Of a stretch of DNA of 64,000 bases, positions 1-9,625 are shown one piece after another; positions within the stretch are counted from its first letter, which is position 1, and each line of letters starts with the position of its first letter. Source of the stretch: an uncultured Verrucomicrobiae bacterium (GTDB lineage Bacteria; Verrucomicrobiota; Verrucomicrobiia; Chthoniobacterales; UBA10450); the NCBI GenBank assembly GCA_963756875.1, contig CAVWPA010000003.1, forward strand, positions 288,001-352,000, read 5' to 3'. A program made the translations under genes and the position numbers. The notes beneath the pieces are model-generated. The model saw only the letters and a list, made by a program, of their open reading frames with translations, was not told where the DNA came from and did not search any database.

Positions 1-90
1 CGAAAAAATCGGCGCCAAAATTCAGATCATCCCATTTGAAGAAGGATATTCCACTTCGCGTCTGCTCGAGCAATTACACAAACTTCCGAA

Positions 91-669
91 ATGAAGCCGC
101 TTGCTCTGGGAATTCTTGGATCGGGCAAGGGATCGAACTGCCGCGCGATTCTGGAAAGCATTCGCTCGGGCGCGTTGCCGGCCGAAGTGCGCGTCGTGAT
201 CTCCGATGTGCTGGAAGCATCGATCCTGAACATCGCTCGCGAGTTCTCCGTCCCGAATGCCTATCTCCCGCCAGGACGATTTCGGACGCGGCTGGAGCCG
301 GAAGCGGAAACGGAACTCGTGCAAATGCTGCGTGACGCGGGCGTGGACCTCGTCGTTCTTGCCGGTTTCATGCGCGTGATCAAATCGCCGATGCTGGAAG
401 CGTTTCCGCGGAGAATTCTAAACATTCATCCGTCGCTGTTGCCAAAATTTCCAGGGCTGGGGGCGTGGAAACAGGCGCTGGCCGCAGGCGAAAAGACCAC
501 CGGTTGCACGGTCCATTATGTTGATGAAAAAATCGACCACGGCGATATCATCGCGCAGCGAGAAGTTGCAATCCTGCCTAACGACACTGCGGAAAGTCTG
601 CATGCGCGAATCCAGATTGCGGAACACGAACTGTATCCCGCAGTGATCGCTCAGCTCTGCCGCGGTTGA
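91..669 (+). CDS. purN: Phosphoribosylglycinamide formyltransferase
   Basis: SGKGSN N-terminal motif, LAGFMR, NIHPSLLPKFPG and TGCTVHYV motifs. Confidence 0.97.
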   Translation: MKPLALGILGSGKGSNCRAILESIRSGALPAEVRVVISDVLEASILNIAREFSVPNAYLPPGRFRTRLEPEAETELVQMLRDAGVDLVVLAGFMRVIKSPMLEAFPRRILNIHPSLLPKFPGLGAWKQALAAGEKTTGCTVHYVDEKIDHGDIIAQREVAILPNDTAESLHARIQIAEHELYPAVIAQLCRG

Positions 670-679
670 CGCCGATACT

Positions 680-1681
680 TCAAATCTGTTCGGGCTTTTG
701 GTCGCGTCCGAGCAGCGCTTCCATCGCCTGCGTCGCAGTCCTGCCTTCATAAAGCATCGCGTACACCTGATCGATAATTGGTGTGTCGACTCTCAATTTG
801 CGCGCGCATTCGTACGCGCTTTTGGCAGTTGGAATCCCTTCGGCAACCATCTGCATCGCGGACGTGATTTGATCAAGCGATTGGCCCTGGCCGAGCTCAT
901 CGCCGACGCGGCGGTTGCGGCTCTGCTTGCTAAAACAGGTGAGAATCAGGTCGCCGGCTCCACTTAGGCCATAAAATGTTCGCAACTCTCCTCCCATTGG
1001 CTGGCCGAGCCGTATCATCTCGGCAAGGGATCGAGTGACCAGTGCCGCTTTGGAATTATCGCCCAGGCCCAGGCCATCACTTGCACCGGCCGCGATGGCG
1101 AACACATTCTTTAGCGCGCCCCCAAGCTCGATGCCGGTGAGTTCTTCGCTTGTGTAAACGCGAAATCGCGGGCTGCCAAGGTAGCCCTGCAGCTCGGCGG
1201 CGTATCTCGGATCCTTGCACCCGAGGACCGTCGCCGTTGGCAAACTTCGAGAGACTTCCCGGGCGAGGTTGGGGCCGGAAAGCACCGCAATCTCGTGGCC
1301 CAAAAAAATTTCGCCGAGGATTTCGCTCATCCTCAATCCGGTCCCATGCTCAATGCCCTTCGTGCAACTGAGAAGGACCGCCTGTTCATTAGTGATGACT
1401 TCTCGCAGTCGAGTGGCAATGGCCCGCAGCTCCGTCGAAGGAGTAACGAAAACAATGAGATCCGCTCCGGCGCAGTCTTTCAGATCGCTCGTTAGGCGAA
1501 CCGAGTCTGGAATTTCTACTCCGGGTAAATAAACTTTGTTCTCGCGCGTTCGCCGGAGCTGTTCCAGTCGCGCCATGTCGTGCCCCCAGAGAAAAATATC
1601 ACGCCCGTCTTTAGCCCAAAGAACCGCCAGCGCCGTTCCCCATCCGCCCGCTCCGAGAATCGCAGTCGTCTTCACTTTCAC
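680..1681 (-). CDS. gpsA: NAD(P)H-dependent glycerol-3-phosphate dehydrogenase
   Basis: GAGGWG Rossmann motif, TKGIE, SGPNLA, GGALKN, GDLILTC..SRNRR. Start placed at GTG 1681, overlapping the plsY stop (GTGA). Confidence 0.96.
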   Translation of the reverse strand: MKVKTTAILGAGGWGTALAVLWAKDGRDIFLWGHDMARLEQLRRTRENKVYLPGVEIPDSVRLTSDLKDCAGADLIVFVTPSTELRAIATRLREVITNEQAVLLSCTKGIEHGTGLRMSEILGEIFLGHEIAVLSGPNLAREVSRSLPTATVLGCKDPRYAAELQGYLGSPRFRVYTSEELTGIELGGALKNVFAIAAGASDGLGLGDNSKAALVTRSLAEMIRLGQPMGGELRTFYGLSGAGDLILTCFSKQSRNRRVGDELGQGQSLDQITSAMQMVAEGIPTAKSAYECARKLRVDTPIIDQVYAMLYEGRTATQAMEALLGRDQKPEQI

Positions 1682-2301
1682 TTCTGGCGGAACCGTGGCT
1701 CGGTCCCTTTTGCGAGACGAGATAAATTTGAGCGGTGACGGACAATTACAATCACCGCGAGGCACAGCGAGAAGTACAGAAGCACGGGCGTCTCAAGGTA
1801 GCCCAGAAGCAGCATGGCGGCGGTTACAATTGGAAATGCGATCACGGCTGCAATCGAAGCCAGCGCAACGTAGCGGGTAAATTGAAACGTCGCGATCCAG
1901 ACGATTGCCATTGCGAGCGCAGCCAACGGGAGCAATGCAAAGATGACGCCACCGGATGTAGCAACGCCTTTGCCTCCTTTAAACCCGAGCCACACCGGAA
2001 AACTATGTCCAATTACAGAACTGGTTCCCGCGATGATGCCACACAGTTCGCGACTGATTCCCGTCGGCTGCGCCCTGTCGAAAATCAACACCGAGATTCC
2101 CACCGCAGCGACGCCTTTCAAAAAGTCGAAAGCAAAAACCGGATATCCGAAGCCCTTGCCCAACGCTCGAGTGACATTGGTCGCTCCAACATTGCCGCTC
2201 CCTACCTGGCGGATGTCAACGCCACCGATCCGACCGGCGATATAAGCGGCGGGAATCGAGCCCAGAAGATAACCGGCAAAAACTAGAAGTGCGATTGTCA
2301 T
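1678..2301 (-). CDS. plsY: Glycerol-3-phosphate acyltransferase PlsY
   Basis: YLLGSIP, GSGNVGATN, DFLKG, GHSFP..FKGGKGVAT and RHRSN motifs. Confidence 0.97.
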   Translation of the reverse strand: MTIALLVFAGYLLGSIPAAYIAGRIGGVDIRQVGSGNVGATNVTRALGKGFGYPVFAFDFLKGVAAVGISVLIFDRAQPTGISRELCGIIAGTSSVIGHSFPVWLGFKGGKGVATSGGVIFALLPLAALAMAIVWIATFQFTRYVALASIAAVIAFPIVTAAMLLLGYLETPVLLYFSLCLAVIVIVRHRSNLSRLAKGTEPRFRQK

Positions 2302-2340
2302 TACGGCAGAACCTCCCGCGCGGCAAATCAGGGATGTCCT

Positions 2341-4212
2341 TTACGCTGATGTAAGTCGCAACTCATTGCTTTTCAACCAGATAGATATAATCGCTACGTC
2401 CGTTGGAGTCACTCCACTGATTCGAGCGGCCTGCCCAAGCGAACTGGGACGAACTGCCGTAAGCTTCTGGCGCGTTTCCGAGCGGAGGCCGGCAATCTTC
2501 CCAAAATCGAGCCCATCAGGAATTCGTTGCTCCTCCCGGCTGGCCAGTCGTCGATTTTGCTCGGCCTGCCGCGCGGCATATCCCTCGTACTTGAGATCGG
2601 TTTCCACCAAATCCCAGATTTCGCGCGGCGCCAGGGTTGTCAGCTTATGCGGAAGATTCTCGAAGCGAAAATCCGGACGCTTGAGAAGCTGGCAAAGTGC
2701 TTCCCCTTGAATTCTGGTTGCGCGGGCAACTTTCCGGGTCTCATCCAGGAGGCTCATCTTATCTTGGAGGTTTCGCCAGCGGGCGGGATCAACTAGCCCC
2801 GCTTCGAATGCGCGGCCGGTTAGCCGCTGATCGGCATTGTCCTGGCGAAGTTGCAGCCGGTCCTCGGCACGACTGGTGAACATTCGATATGGCTCTTCGG
2901 TTCCCTTGGTGACCAAATCGTCGATCAACACGCCGATGTAAGCCTCGCTCCTTTCCAAGATAAGCGGCGCCTCCCCCTTGACCTTCAAGGCGGCGTTCGC
3001 TCCGGCGATTAGGCCCTGGCCGGCTGCCTCTTCATATCCGGAGGTGCCGTTGACCTGGCCGGCGAAATAGAGGCGTTGCACCAGTTTTGTTTCCAGCGTG
3101 GGCAAGAGTTGGGTCGGAGGGAAAAAGTCATATTCAACGGCATAGCCGGGGCGCATCATTTCGGCCCGCTCCAAACCGGGAACCGTCCGGAGAAATTTGA
3201 GCTGAACGTCATAAGGCAGGCTTGTCGAGATTCCATTGACATAAAACTCCTCGGTATGGCGGCCTTCGGGCTCGAGGAAAAGCTGGTGCGCAGTTTTATC
3301 GGCAAATTTGACCACTTTGTCCTCGATCGATGGGCAATATCGAGGACCGGTCCCTTGGATTCGACCGGCGTAAAGGGGAGATCGATCGAGGTTGGATCTA
3401 ATGATTTCGTGCGTCTGAGGCGTGGTGTTCGTAATCCAGCAGGGTATTTGTTCCACGTGGAACGCGCCGTCGGTCCCATGGTTCAACGTAAAAAAATCAT
3501 TAGGCCGTGCCGCCTCTCCGGCGTAAAACGCAAACCTGGGCGGGGGCTCGTCTCCGAGCTGAATCTCGCACTTGGAGAAATCAATCGATCTGGCGTTTAA
3601 TCGACATGGCGTCCCTGTCTTAAATCGCCCGACGCTGAACCCGAGTCGCCGGAGATTTTCGCTCAATCCCGAGCTGGTATCGGCCATTCGCCCGCCAGGC
3701 TTGCTATTTTCGCCAACATGCAAAAGGCCGCGCAAAAATGTGCCTGCCGTAATGATCACGCTTTGGGCGTCAATTACCAGGCCCAGATCTGTCTCCACTC
3801 CGGTTACCCGGCCATTTTTCACGATTATGCCGCTAACCGTCGCTTGTTTGAGATCCAAATTGGCCGCGCGCTCGACGATCGCTTTCATTCGAAACTGGTA
3901 CGCCTTTTTGTCGCATTGAACCCGGGGCGCCCGGACAGATGGCCCTTTCGATTTGTTTAGCATGCGAAACTGAATTCCTGTGGCATCGGTGTTCAAACCC
4001 ATCGCGCCGCCCATCGCATCGATCTCGCGAACAATATGCCCCTTGGCCAGCCCGCCGATCGCCGGATTGCACGACATCTGGCCAATCGTATCCAGGTTTT
4101 GCGTAAGCATTAACGTGCGGCACCCGAGGCGCGCCGCAGCCAATGCCGCTTCGATTCCAGCGTGACCGCTTCCAACGACCAAAACGTCGTACTCCGTTGG
4201 CAGTCTAAACAT
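2341..4212 (-). CDS. mnmG: tRNA uridine-5-carboxymethylaminomethyl(34) synthesis enzyme MnmG (GidA)
   Basis: [43 protein letters not shown] and [11 protein letters not shown] motifs. Start at ATG 4212 overlaps the end of cdd. Confidence 0.98.
   Translation of the reverse strand: MFRLPTEYDVLVVGSGHAGIEAALAAARLGCRTLMLTQNLDTIGQMSCNPAIGGLAKGHIVREIDAMGGAMGLNTDATGIQFRMLNKSKGPSVRAPRVQCDKKAYQFRMKAIVERAANLDLKQATVSGIIVKNGRVTGVETDLGLVIDAQSVIITAGTFLRGLLHVGENSKPGGRMADTSSGLSENLRRLGFSVGRFKTGTPCRLNARSIDFSKCEIQLGDEPPPRFAFYAGEAARPNDFFTLNHGTDGAFHVEQIPCWITNTTPQTHEIIRSNLDRSPLYAGRIQGTGPRYCPSIEDKVVKFADKTAHQLFLEPEGRHTEEFYVNGISTSLPYDVQLKFLRTVPGLERAEMMRPGYAVEYDFFPPTQLLPTLETKLVQRLYFAGQVNGTSGYEEAAGQGLIAGANAALKVKGEAPLILERSEAYIGVLIDDLVTKGTEEPYRMFTSRAEDRLQLRQDNADQRLTGRAFEAGLVDPARWRNLQDKMSLLDETRKVARATRIQGEALCQLLKRPDFRFENLPHKLTTLAPREIWDLVETDLKYEGYAARQAEQNRRLASREEQRIPDGLDFGKIAGLRSETRQKLTAVRPSSLGQAARISGVTPTDVAIISIWLKSNELRLTSA
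3449..3464. promoter_or_regulatory. parS centromere-like site inside mnmG
   Basis: TGTTCCACGTGGAACG; perfect 14-bp palindrome GTTCCACGTGGAAC matching the known parS consensus TGTTNCACGTGNAACA. Confidence 0.8.
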
Positions 4213-4600
4213 GGCCAAGAATTCCCTTTTTCGGGCGTGGCAGCAAATCGGCAAGTGTGGACGTTTCTTCCCGGCCTCCGACTGTCGACGAAATGACCTT
4301 CATCGCGGGATTAAACTCCGCGAGCACTTGCCGGCACGCGCCGCAGGGGGCGGCTGGCTCTTTCGACTCGGTAACGATAGCCACCGCAACAAACTCCCGT
4401 TGTCCATGAGCCACCGCCGCAGCTACCGCCGCGCGCTCTGCGCAGATGGTTAGACCTAACGAGACATTCTCGACATTGCATCCGGAAAAAATCTCACCCG
4501 ACTTCGTCAACAAGGCTGCGCCCACGGCGAACTTGGAGTATGGGGCGTATGCGTTTCTTCGCGCTTGGATCGCCGCATCCACTAATTTTTTATCAGTCAT
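4205..4600 (-). CDS. cdd: Cytidine deaminase
   Basis: [22 protein letters not shown] and PCGACRQ zinc motifs. Confidence 0.96.
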   Translation of the reverse strand: MTDKKLVDAAIQARRNAYAPYSKFAVGAALLTKSGEIFSGCNVENVSLGLTICAERAAVAAAVAHGQREFVAVAIVTESKEPAAPCGACRQVLAEFNPAMKVISSTVGGREETSTLADLLPRPKKGILGHV

Positions 4601-4625
4601 AAATACCTAATTTAAAACCATTTAT

Positions 4626-5392
4626 CTATTTCGTAGTCTCCTCGAGGCTAGAACGACGAGCAATGTCCATCTCGTCTCCTGTTCCCGGAGGAACCCCGGC
4701 TTTTTTTATCGCCCGCAAGGCTATCCGGCTAAGCAGAAAAAACAGGAGCGCCGTTGTCACAAATGCGCCGCCCCATCGCCAATATTCAATCACCCTGGGA
4801 TGGCTCGTCCCCATGGCAACATGAACACCGTGACTGACCGAGAGATACCCAGATATGTATACAAAAACAAACCGGGCGCTCGTCCGATCGTTGTCCAAAG
4901 CATGTACACGCCGAATCGAATTTGCGTCAAGCCATATAGATAGTTCAGCAGACTTGTCGGAAAGAGCGGGTGCAACTGGCTCAGGAAGATGATCTTCCAG
5001 CCCTCCCGTTCGACTGCCGGCTCCAGGTTCTTTAGAACGGCATTGCCGGATAGCTTTCGCGTCAGCCATTGCTGCCCGATCGATCGACTGATGGCAAAGG
5101 AAATTGCCGCCGAGATCGTGTTTCCCACGAGAACAAGAATGAAGCCCCACCAAAGTCCGAAGAAAAAGCCGCTCCCGATGCTCAAGACGCCGCCGGGAAG
5201 AAGCAGGATGTTACAGAGCGCGAAAAGAAGAGGATAACAAATGGCGCTCCAGGTCCCCCAATGCATCACCCGCTGCTGTAGCGCCGCCAGGAAATCGACG
5301 ACCTGCAAAAAACGTGAGATGACAACAAACAACGCGATCACGCCCAGCAGCCCGGCCAGTTGCCATAGGAGCACTTTGCCCGTTTTCGACAT
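4626..5392 (-). CDS. TVP38/TMEM64 (DedA/VTT) membrane protein, frameshifted near 4833-4846
   Basis: LLLPGG..GFFFG, HPLFPTSLLNY..GLT motifs. Removing two extra bases restores YLGTLGQHGVHVAM and joins the C-terminal TM helix of ORF 4626..5153. Confidence 0.8.
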
Positions 5393-5410
5393 TTCGAAAT
5401 TCTGCTTGTT

Positions 5411-7228
5411 TCACAGGCTTCGCGCAAATCCCGCCAGCTCCGTGGTCATCTCATAATGCAGAAACGGAGTGATCAAGTATACCCCTGGGAAATGCTCCAG
5501 TGCGACGGTGATCATTCTCTTGGCCAGCATCATTCCGTAATCCCGCGCGCGCGACTCATCCAGCTTCGCCATTTCGGAGCGCACCGAATCGGAAACGATG
5601 ATCCCCGGCACTTCGTGATGCAGAAATTCCGCCTGTCGCGCGCTGAGCAACGGCCAGACTCCCGTGAAAATCGGAATCTGCAGATGTGCAGTCCGCCGTT
5701 TCATTTCTTTCACAAGAGCGGCGTCGAAAACCGGCTGAGTCATGGCAAATTGGGCGCCGGCCGCGACTTTGCGATCCAGCCGCTGCACCTGCGGGTCGAG
5801 GCTTTTCGCGTTCGGATTGAACGTGCACCCGATCACAAAATTCGTGGCCGCCTTGAGCGGTTTCCCCGCGTAGGTGAAACCCGCGTTGAGTTGCTTGATG
5901 ATCGAGATCAATTCGATCGAATTGACGTCGTAAACCGAAGCCGCGCCCGGATGATCGCCCACTCTTGCGGGATCTCCGGTAAGCGGCAGCACGTGACGCA
6001 TCCCAAGCGCAGCCATTCCGAGCAACTCGCTTTGCAATCCAATCACGTTGCGGTCGCGACAGCTCAAATGCAGCAGCGGCGTGATCCCGAAGCGTTCCTT
6101 TAAAATCGCACCGACCGCCAGATTGCTGACCCGCAAAATTGCCAGGGAATTGTCTGCCAGCGTAATCGCATCGCAGCCTGCGCGAACGAGAGCCTGCGCC
6201 CCGGCGAGGTACTTCTCCAGCGCCAGTGTTTTGGGCGGATCCAGCTCGCAAATAATCGCGCGTTTTCCGCTCCGGATCTTGTCGACCAGACTTTCCTCCG
6301 GTTTGTGCTCTGTTTTTACCGGGACTCTCGACGGTTCGGCGATCGTGTGGACCAATTTCGATTTTACGGGACGCAGATCGGCAATCGCCTTCGCGACGGC
6401 CGCGATGTGCGCCGGCGTTGTTCCGCAGCAACCACCGATCAAACGCGCCCCCTGGGCAGCCATCTCGCGCGCGGCATTGGCAAAATAATCCGGATCGGTC
6501 GGATAAACGTAGCGCCCTTCCGTGTAACGCGGGTAGCCGGCGTTTGGATACGCTGCCAGTAAACCGCCGGCGGGAATTTTCTCGAGCAGTTGCAGCATCG
6601 CGTGCGGGCCATTCAGGCAATTTGCCCCGACGATCGAAGCTCCCAGCTCGCGGCTGCGTTTGAATGCATCCAATAGCGATATGCCCGACTGGAGGCGTCC
6701 GTCCGGCTCGCACGCGAAAAGCGATACGATGAGACAGTCACTCTTTGGCACCGCGCGCAGCGCGATTTCCATCTCTCCGAAATTCATGAATGTCTCGAAA
6801 AAAATCAGATCGACGTTTCCATCGAGTAGCGCCGTGATCTGTTCGCGAAAGATTTCGCCGCGATCGATTCCGCGCTCCTCCGCCTCAATCCGGCTGATCC
6901 CGAGCGGGCCGACGCTACCGGCCACGCAAACGTGCTTGCCTTTCGCGGCCTGACGCGCGACCCGGGCCGCTGCCTTGTTGATCTCAGCAACGCGATTCTC
7001 AAATCCAAATCGCGCCAGGCGAATCGCGTTGGCGCCAAAGGTGTCCGTCTCGATCACTCGGGAGCCGGCCGCGATGTATTCATCGTGAATTGCGCGAACA
7101 CGATCGGAGTCGCTGACGCAGAGCTCTTCCAGGCATCGATCGACCGGCACGCCACGATCGAGCAGCAACGTGCCCATCGCGCCATCGCCGCAGACGATTC
7201 GCGACTCAAGTTCGTCGAGCAGATCCAT
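5411..7228 (-). CDS. yitJ: Bifunctional homocysteine S-methyltransferase / 5,10-methylenetetrahydrofolate reductase
   Basis: DGAMGT, GANC, GGCCGT (HMT domain) followed by ELDPPK, HLSCRDRN, TGDP, TQPVF (MTHFR domain). Confidence 0.93.
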   Translation of the reverse strand: MDLLDELESRIVCGDGAMGTLLLDRGVPVDRCLEELCVSDSDRVRAIHDEYIAAGSRVIETDTFGANAIRLARFGFENRVAEINKAAARVARQAAKGKHVCVAGSVGPLGISRIEAEERGIDRGEIFREQITALLDGNVDLIFFETFMNFGEMEIALRAVPKSDCLIVSLFACEPDGRLQSGISLLDAFKRSRELGASIVGANCLNGPHAMLQLLEKIPAGGLLAAYPNAGYPRYTEGRYVYPTDPDYFANAAREMAAQGARLIGGCCGTTPAHIAAVAKAIADLRPVKSKLVHTIAEPSRVPVKTEHKPEESLVDKIRSGKRAIICELDPPKTLALEKYLAGAQALVRAGCDAITLADNSLAILRVSNLAVGAILKERFGITPLLHLSCRDRNVIGLQSELLGMAALGMRHVLPLTGDPARVGDHPGAASVYDVNSIELISIIKQLNAGFTYAGKPLKAATNFVIGCTFNPNAKSLDPQVQRLDRKVAAGAQFAMTQPVFDAALVKEMKRRTAHLQIPIFTGVWPLLSARQAEFLHHEVPGIIVSDSVRSEMAKLDESRARDYGMMLAKRMITVALEHFPGVYLITPFLHYEMTTELAGFARSL

Positions 7229-7663
7229 CGGAACTGTTTACTCTGCCTTGGCTCGATACTAAAACGTTTATTCGCGGCTCTCGTTAAATGTTAAATGGAA
7301 TAGATCGCGCGCCCAGACTGGCCGCAAGCAAGCCCGCCAAGGCGCTAGCACAGGCGCAAAAACAGAAACTGTCGCCAGATTTCGGCGGTACATGGTCCCG
7401 TGTTAAACGAAGAGCCAGCAATTAGCCAACAAGTTCCAATAACTCCCAACAACCTTCGTCGTTTCGCAAATGTTCTAAGTTGTCTCTGTTTATTCGCACT
7501 GTTATCAACATCATCCCACCCCTGCCGTAATGCCTCTTGGCTCGACCCGGTTATTCGCATCATTAAGAAGAAGAATAGATTAAGTAATTTATTAAATCAG
7601 CAGAGTACTAACCAATAACCCTTTCGCCGCACGCGGTTCTGACGCACCTTCGCAGTTTGACTG
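7229..7663. other. Candidate chromosomal replication origin (oriC)
   Basis: AT-rich divergent gap. TTATTCGCR at 7268, 7490 and 7551; TTATCAACA at 7502; phased CCARYAA at 7415/7426/7436/7446; CAT CAT TAA GAA GAA GAA TAG run and AT tract at 7558-7600; parS, mnmG and mnmE nearby. Confidence 0.55.
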
Positions 7664-8449
7664 ATGCATCGCGTGCTTAATCCTGAGTCGGCCGATTCGT
7701 GCGCGCGAGGGCGCTGTGCGCTCGCCGTGATGACAAAAGCGCCCCGGGCCGGCAAGGTGAAGACGCGCCTGGTCCCGCCGCTAACGCACGAGGAAGCGGC
7801 GCAGTTGAACATCTGTTTTCTACGTGATACAGCTGCGGCAATTGCGCGGGTGTGTAATGGCGCTCAGGGGACACCGATTCTCGTAAGTGGTGTGGCGGTT
7901 TACACGCCGGTCGGCGCCGAAGCGGCCTACGCCGATATCTTGCCGCCCGATTTCGAGCTTGTTTCACAGCGTGGCGACGCCTTTGGCGATCGGCTTGCGT
8001 TTGCGGTCGAAGATCTTTTTAAAATCGGCTTTGCCTCAGTCTGTTTGATCGATTCGGACAGTCCAACTGTGACGGCGGCGATGTACGCCGAGGCGGTCCG
8101 TGAGCTGGCCAACGCGGGAGATCGCATCGTGCTCGGGCCGTCGGATGACGGGGGATATTATTTGATTGGCTTGAAACAGTTCCGCCGCGAAATGTTTGAA
8201 GGGATCGACTGGAGTACGGAGCGCGTGCTCAAACAGACAAAACAACGGGCGCTCGAGCTCGGTCTGGAGGTTAAATTATTGCCTGGCGGGTACGATGTGG
8301 ACGATCGCGTGACATTGCGTCGCTTATGCGAGGACGTTCTTAACAACAAATCCGAATTAGCAATCGATCGCGCTCCCAATACGACAGCATTTCTACGCGA
8401 GCTTGTCGCGCGCGGCGAAGGCGATAGGATTTGGCATGGTGACACATGA
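7664..8449 (+). CDS. DUF2064 / TIGR04282-like glycosyltransferase-fold protein
   Basis: KAPRAGKVKTRL, QRGDAFGDRL, IDSDSP, LGPSDDGGYYLIG, IDWST and DVDD motifs. Confidence 0.88.
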   Translation: MHRVLNPESADSCARGRCALAVMTKAPRAGKVKTRLVPPLTHEEAAQLNICFLRDTAAAIARVCNGAQGTPILVSGVAVYTPVGAEAAYADILPPDFELVSQRGDAFGDRLAFAVEDLFKIGFASVCLIDSDSPTVTAAMYAEAVRELANAGDRIVLGPSDDGGYYLIGLKQFRREMFEGIDWSTERVLKQTKQRALELGLEVKLLPGGYDVDDRVTLRRLCEDVLNNKSELAIDRAPNTTAFLRELVARGEGDRIWHGDT

Positions 8450-8503
8450 AGCTGGATCCCTCGCAGTAGTAGCCGCGTTAGCACTCCCTGGCCCTGGAGT
8501 TGA

Positions 8504-9625
8504 ATGAAACGAGCGCTCGTAACCGGGGGCGCCGGCCTGATTGGCTCGCACATAGCCGATCTGCTGCTCAGTGAAGGGTGGAAAGTTAGAATACTCGATA
8601 ATCTCGAACCTCAAACGCATCGGCGTGGAAAGCCGCCGTGGATTTCCGACAAGGCCGAGTTCATCCAGGGCGACATACGCGACCGCGATGCCATCGCGAT
8701 GGCGCTCGACCGGATCGACGTCGTCTTTCACCAGGCCGCTTACGGCGGCTACATGCCCGAGATCGCCAAATTCGTTCAAGTCAACTCGTTAGGCACCGCG
8801 CAAATGCTGGAAGTCATTCGGGAAAAGAATCTGCCGATTAAGAAGATCATCGTCGCCAGCTCGCAGGCGGTTTATAGCGAAGGTGCGGGTATCTGCCCCA
8901 AACACGGAATGCTTTTTCCACCAGTGCGTCCGCTCAAACAATTGCAACGAGGGGATTGGCAGGTCCATTGCCCAATCTGCGGCGCAGCGACCGAAAGCGC
9001 ACCCACGCCGGAGAATGCGCCTGTTGGCGGCGAAACAGTTTACGGTCTGACGAAGGTCGATCAGGAAAAGCTCGTGCTGCTCTGGGGAAAACAAGCAGGT
9101 ATCCCTACTGTCGCGCTTCGTTACTCCTGCACATACGGACCGCGCCAGTCGATCTTCAACCCCTATACGGGTGTGATCGCGATCTTTTGCACACGTTTGC
9201 TCAACGATTTGCCGGCTGTGCTTTACGAAGATGGCGAGCAAACGCGCGATTTTTCGTTTGTTGAAGACATCGCACGAGCGAACCTGCTCGCAGCCGGGAC
9301 GGAAAAGCTCGACGGGTTGCCGGTGAATATCGGCTCGGGCAAAGGCACGACGATTCGGGAGATCGCGGACCTGCTTTCCGACGCGCTCGAGATTAGGATT
9401 ACACCTGAAATAAACGGCGAGTTTCGCCCCGGCGAGATGCGTCATCTGACGAGCGACACGGCGAGAGCCCGGGCGGCTGGTTACCAACCGCAGGTCGGTC
9501 TTACGGAAGGAATCGGGCGCTACATCGATTGGATCCGAAAGCAATCCGACATCCGCGATTATTTCAGTGAAGCGGCCGATCTTTTGAGAAGCAAAGGGAT
9601 TGTGCATCGGGCGAAAAGCGCATGA
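8504..9625 (+). CDS. NAD-dependent epimerase/dehydratase
   Basis: TGGAGLIG, catalytic YGLTK, YGPRQ and RDF motifs; inserted CPKH...CPIC segment. Confidence 0.92.
   Translation: MKRALVTGGAGLIGSHIADLLLSEGWKVRILDNLEPQTHRRGKPPWISDKAEFIQGDIRDRDAIAMALDRIDVVFHQAAYGGYMPEIAKFVQVNSLGTAQMLEVIREKNLPIKKIIVASSQAVYSEGAGICPKHGMLFPPVRPLKQLQRGDWQVHCPICGAATESAPTPENAPVGGETVYGLTKVDQEKLVLLWGKQAGIPTVALRYSCTYGPRQSIFNPYTGVIAIFCTRLLNDLPAVLYEDGEQTRDFSFVEDIARANLLAAGTEKLDGLPVNIGSGKGTTIREIADLLSDALEIRITPEINGEFRPGEMRHLTSDTARARAAGYQPQVGLTEGIGRYIDWIRKQSDIRDYFSEAADLLRSKGIVHRAKSA

Noticed and set aside
7229..7400. SAM or cobalamin riboswitch upstream of yitJ
   Set aside because: No SAM-I core or B12-box motif could be recognised on the minus strand
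7345..7618. Two 72-aa ORFs in the AT-rich gap
   Set aside because: They overlap on opposite strands, show no family features, and run across the repeat motifs; more likely non-coding
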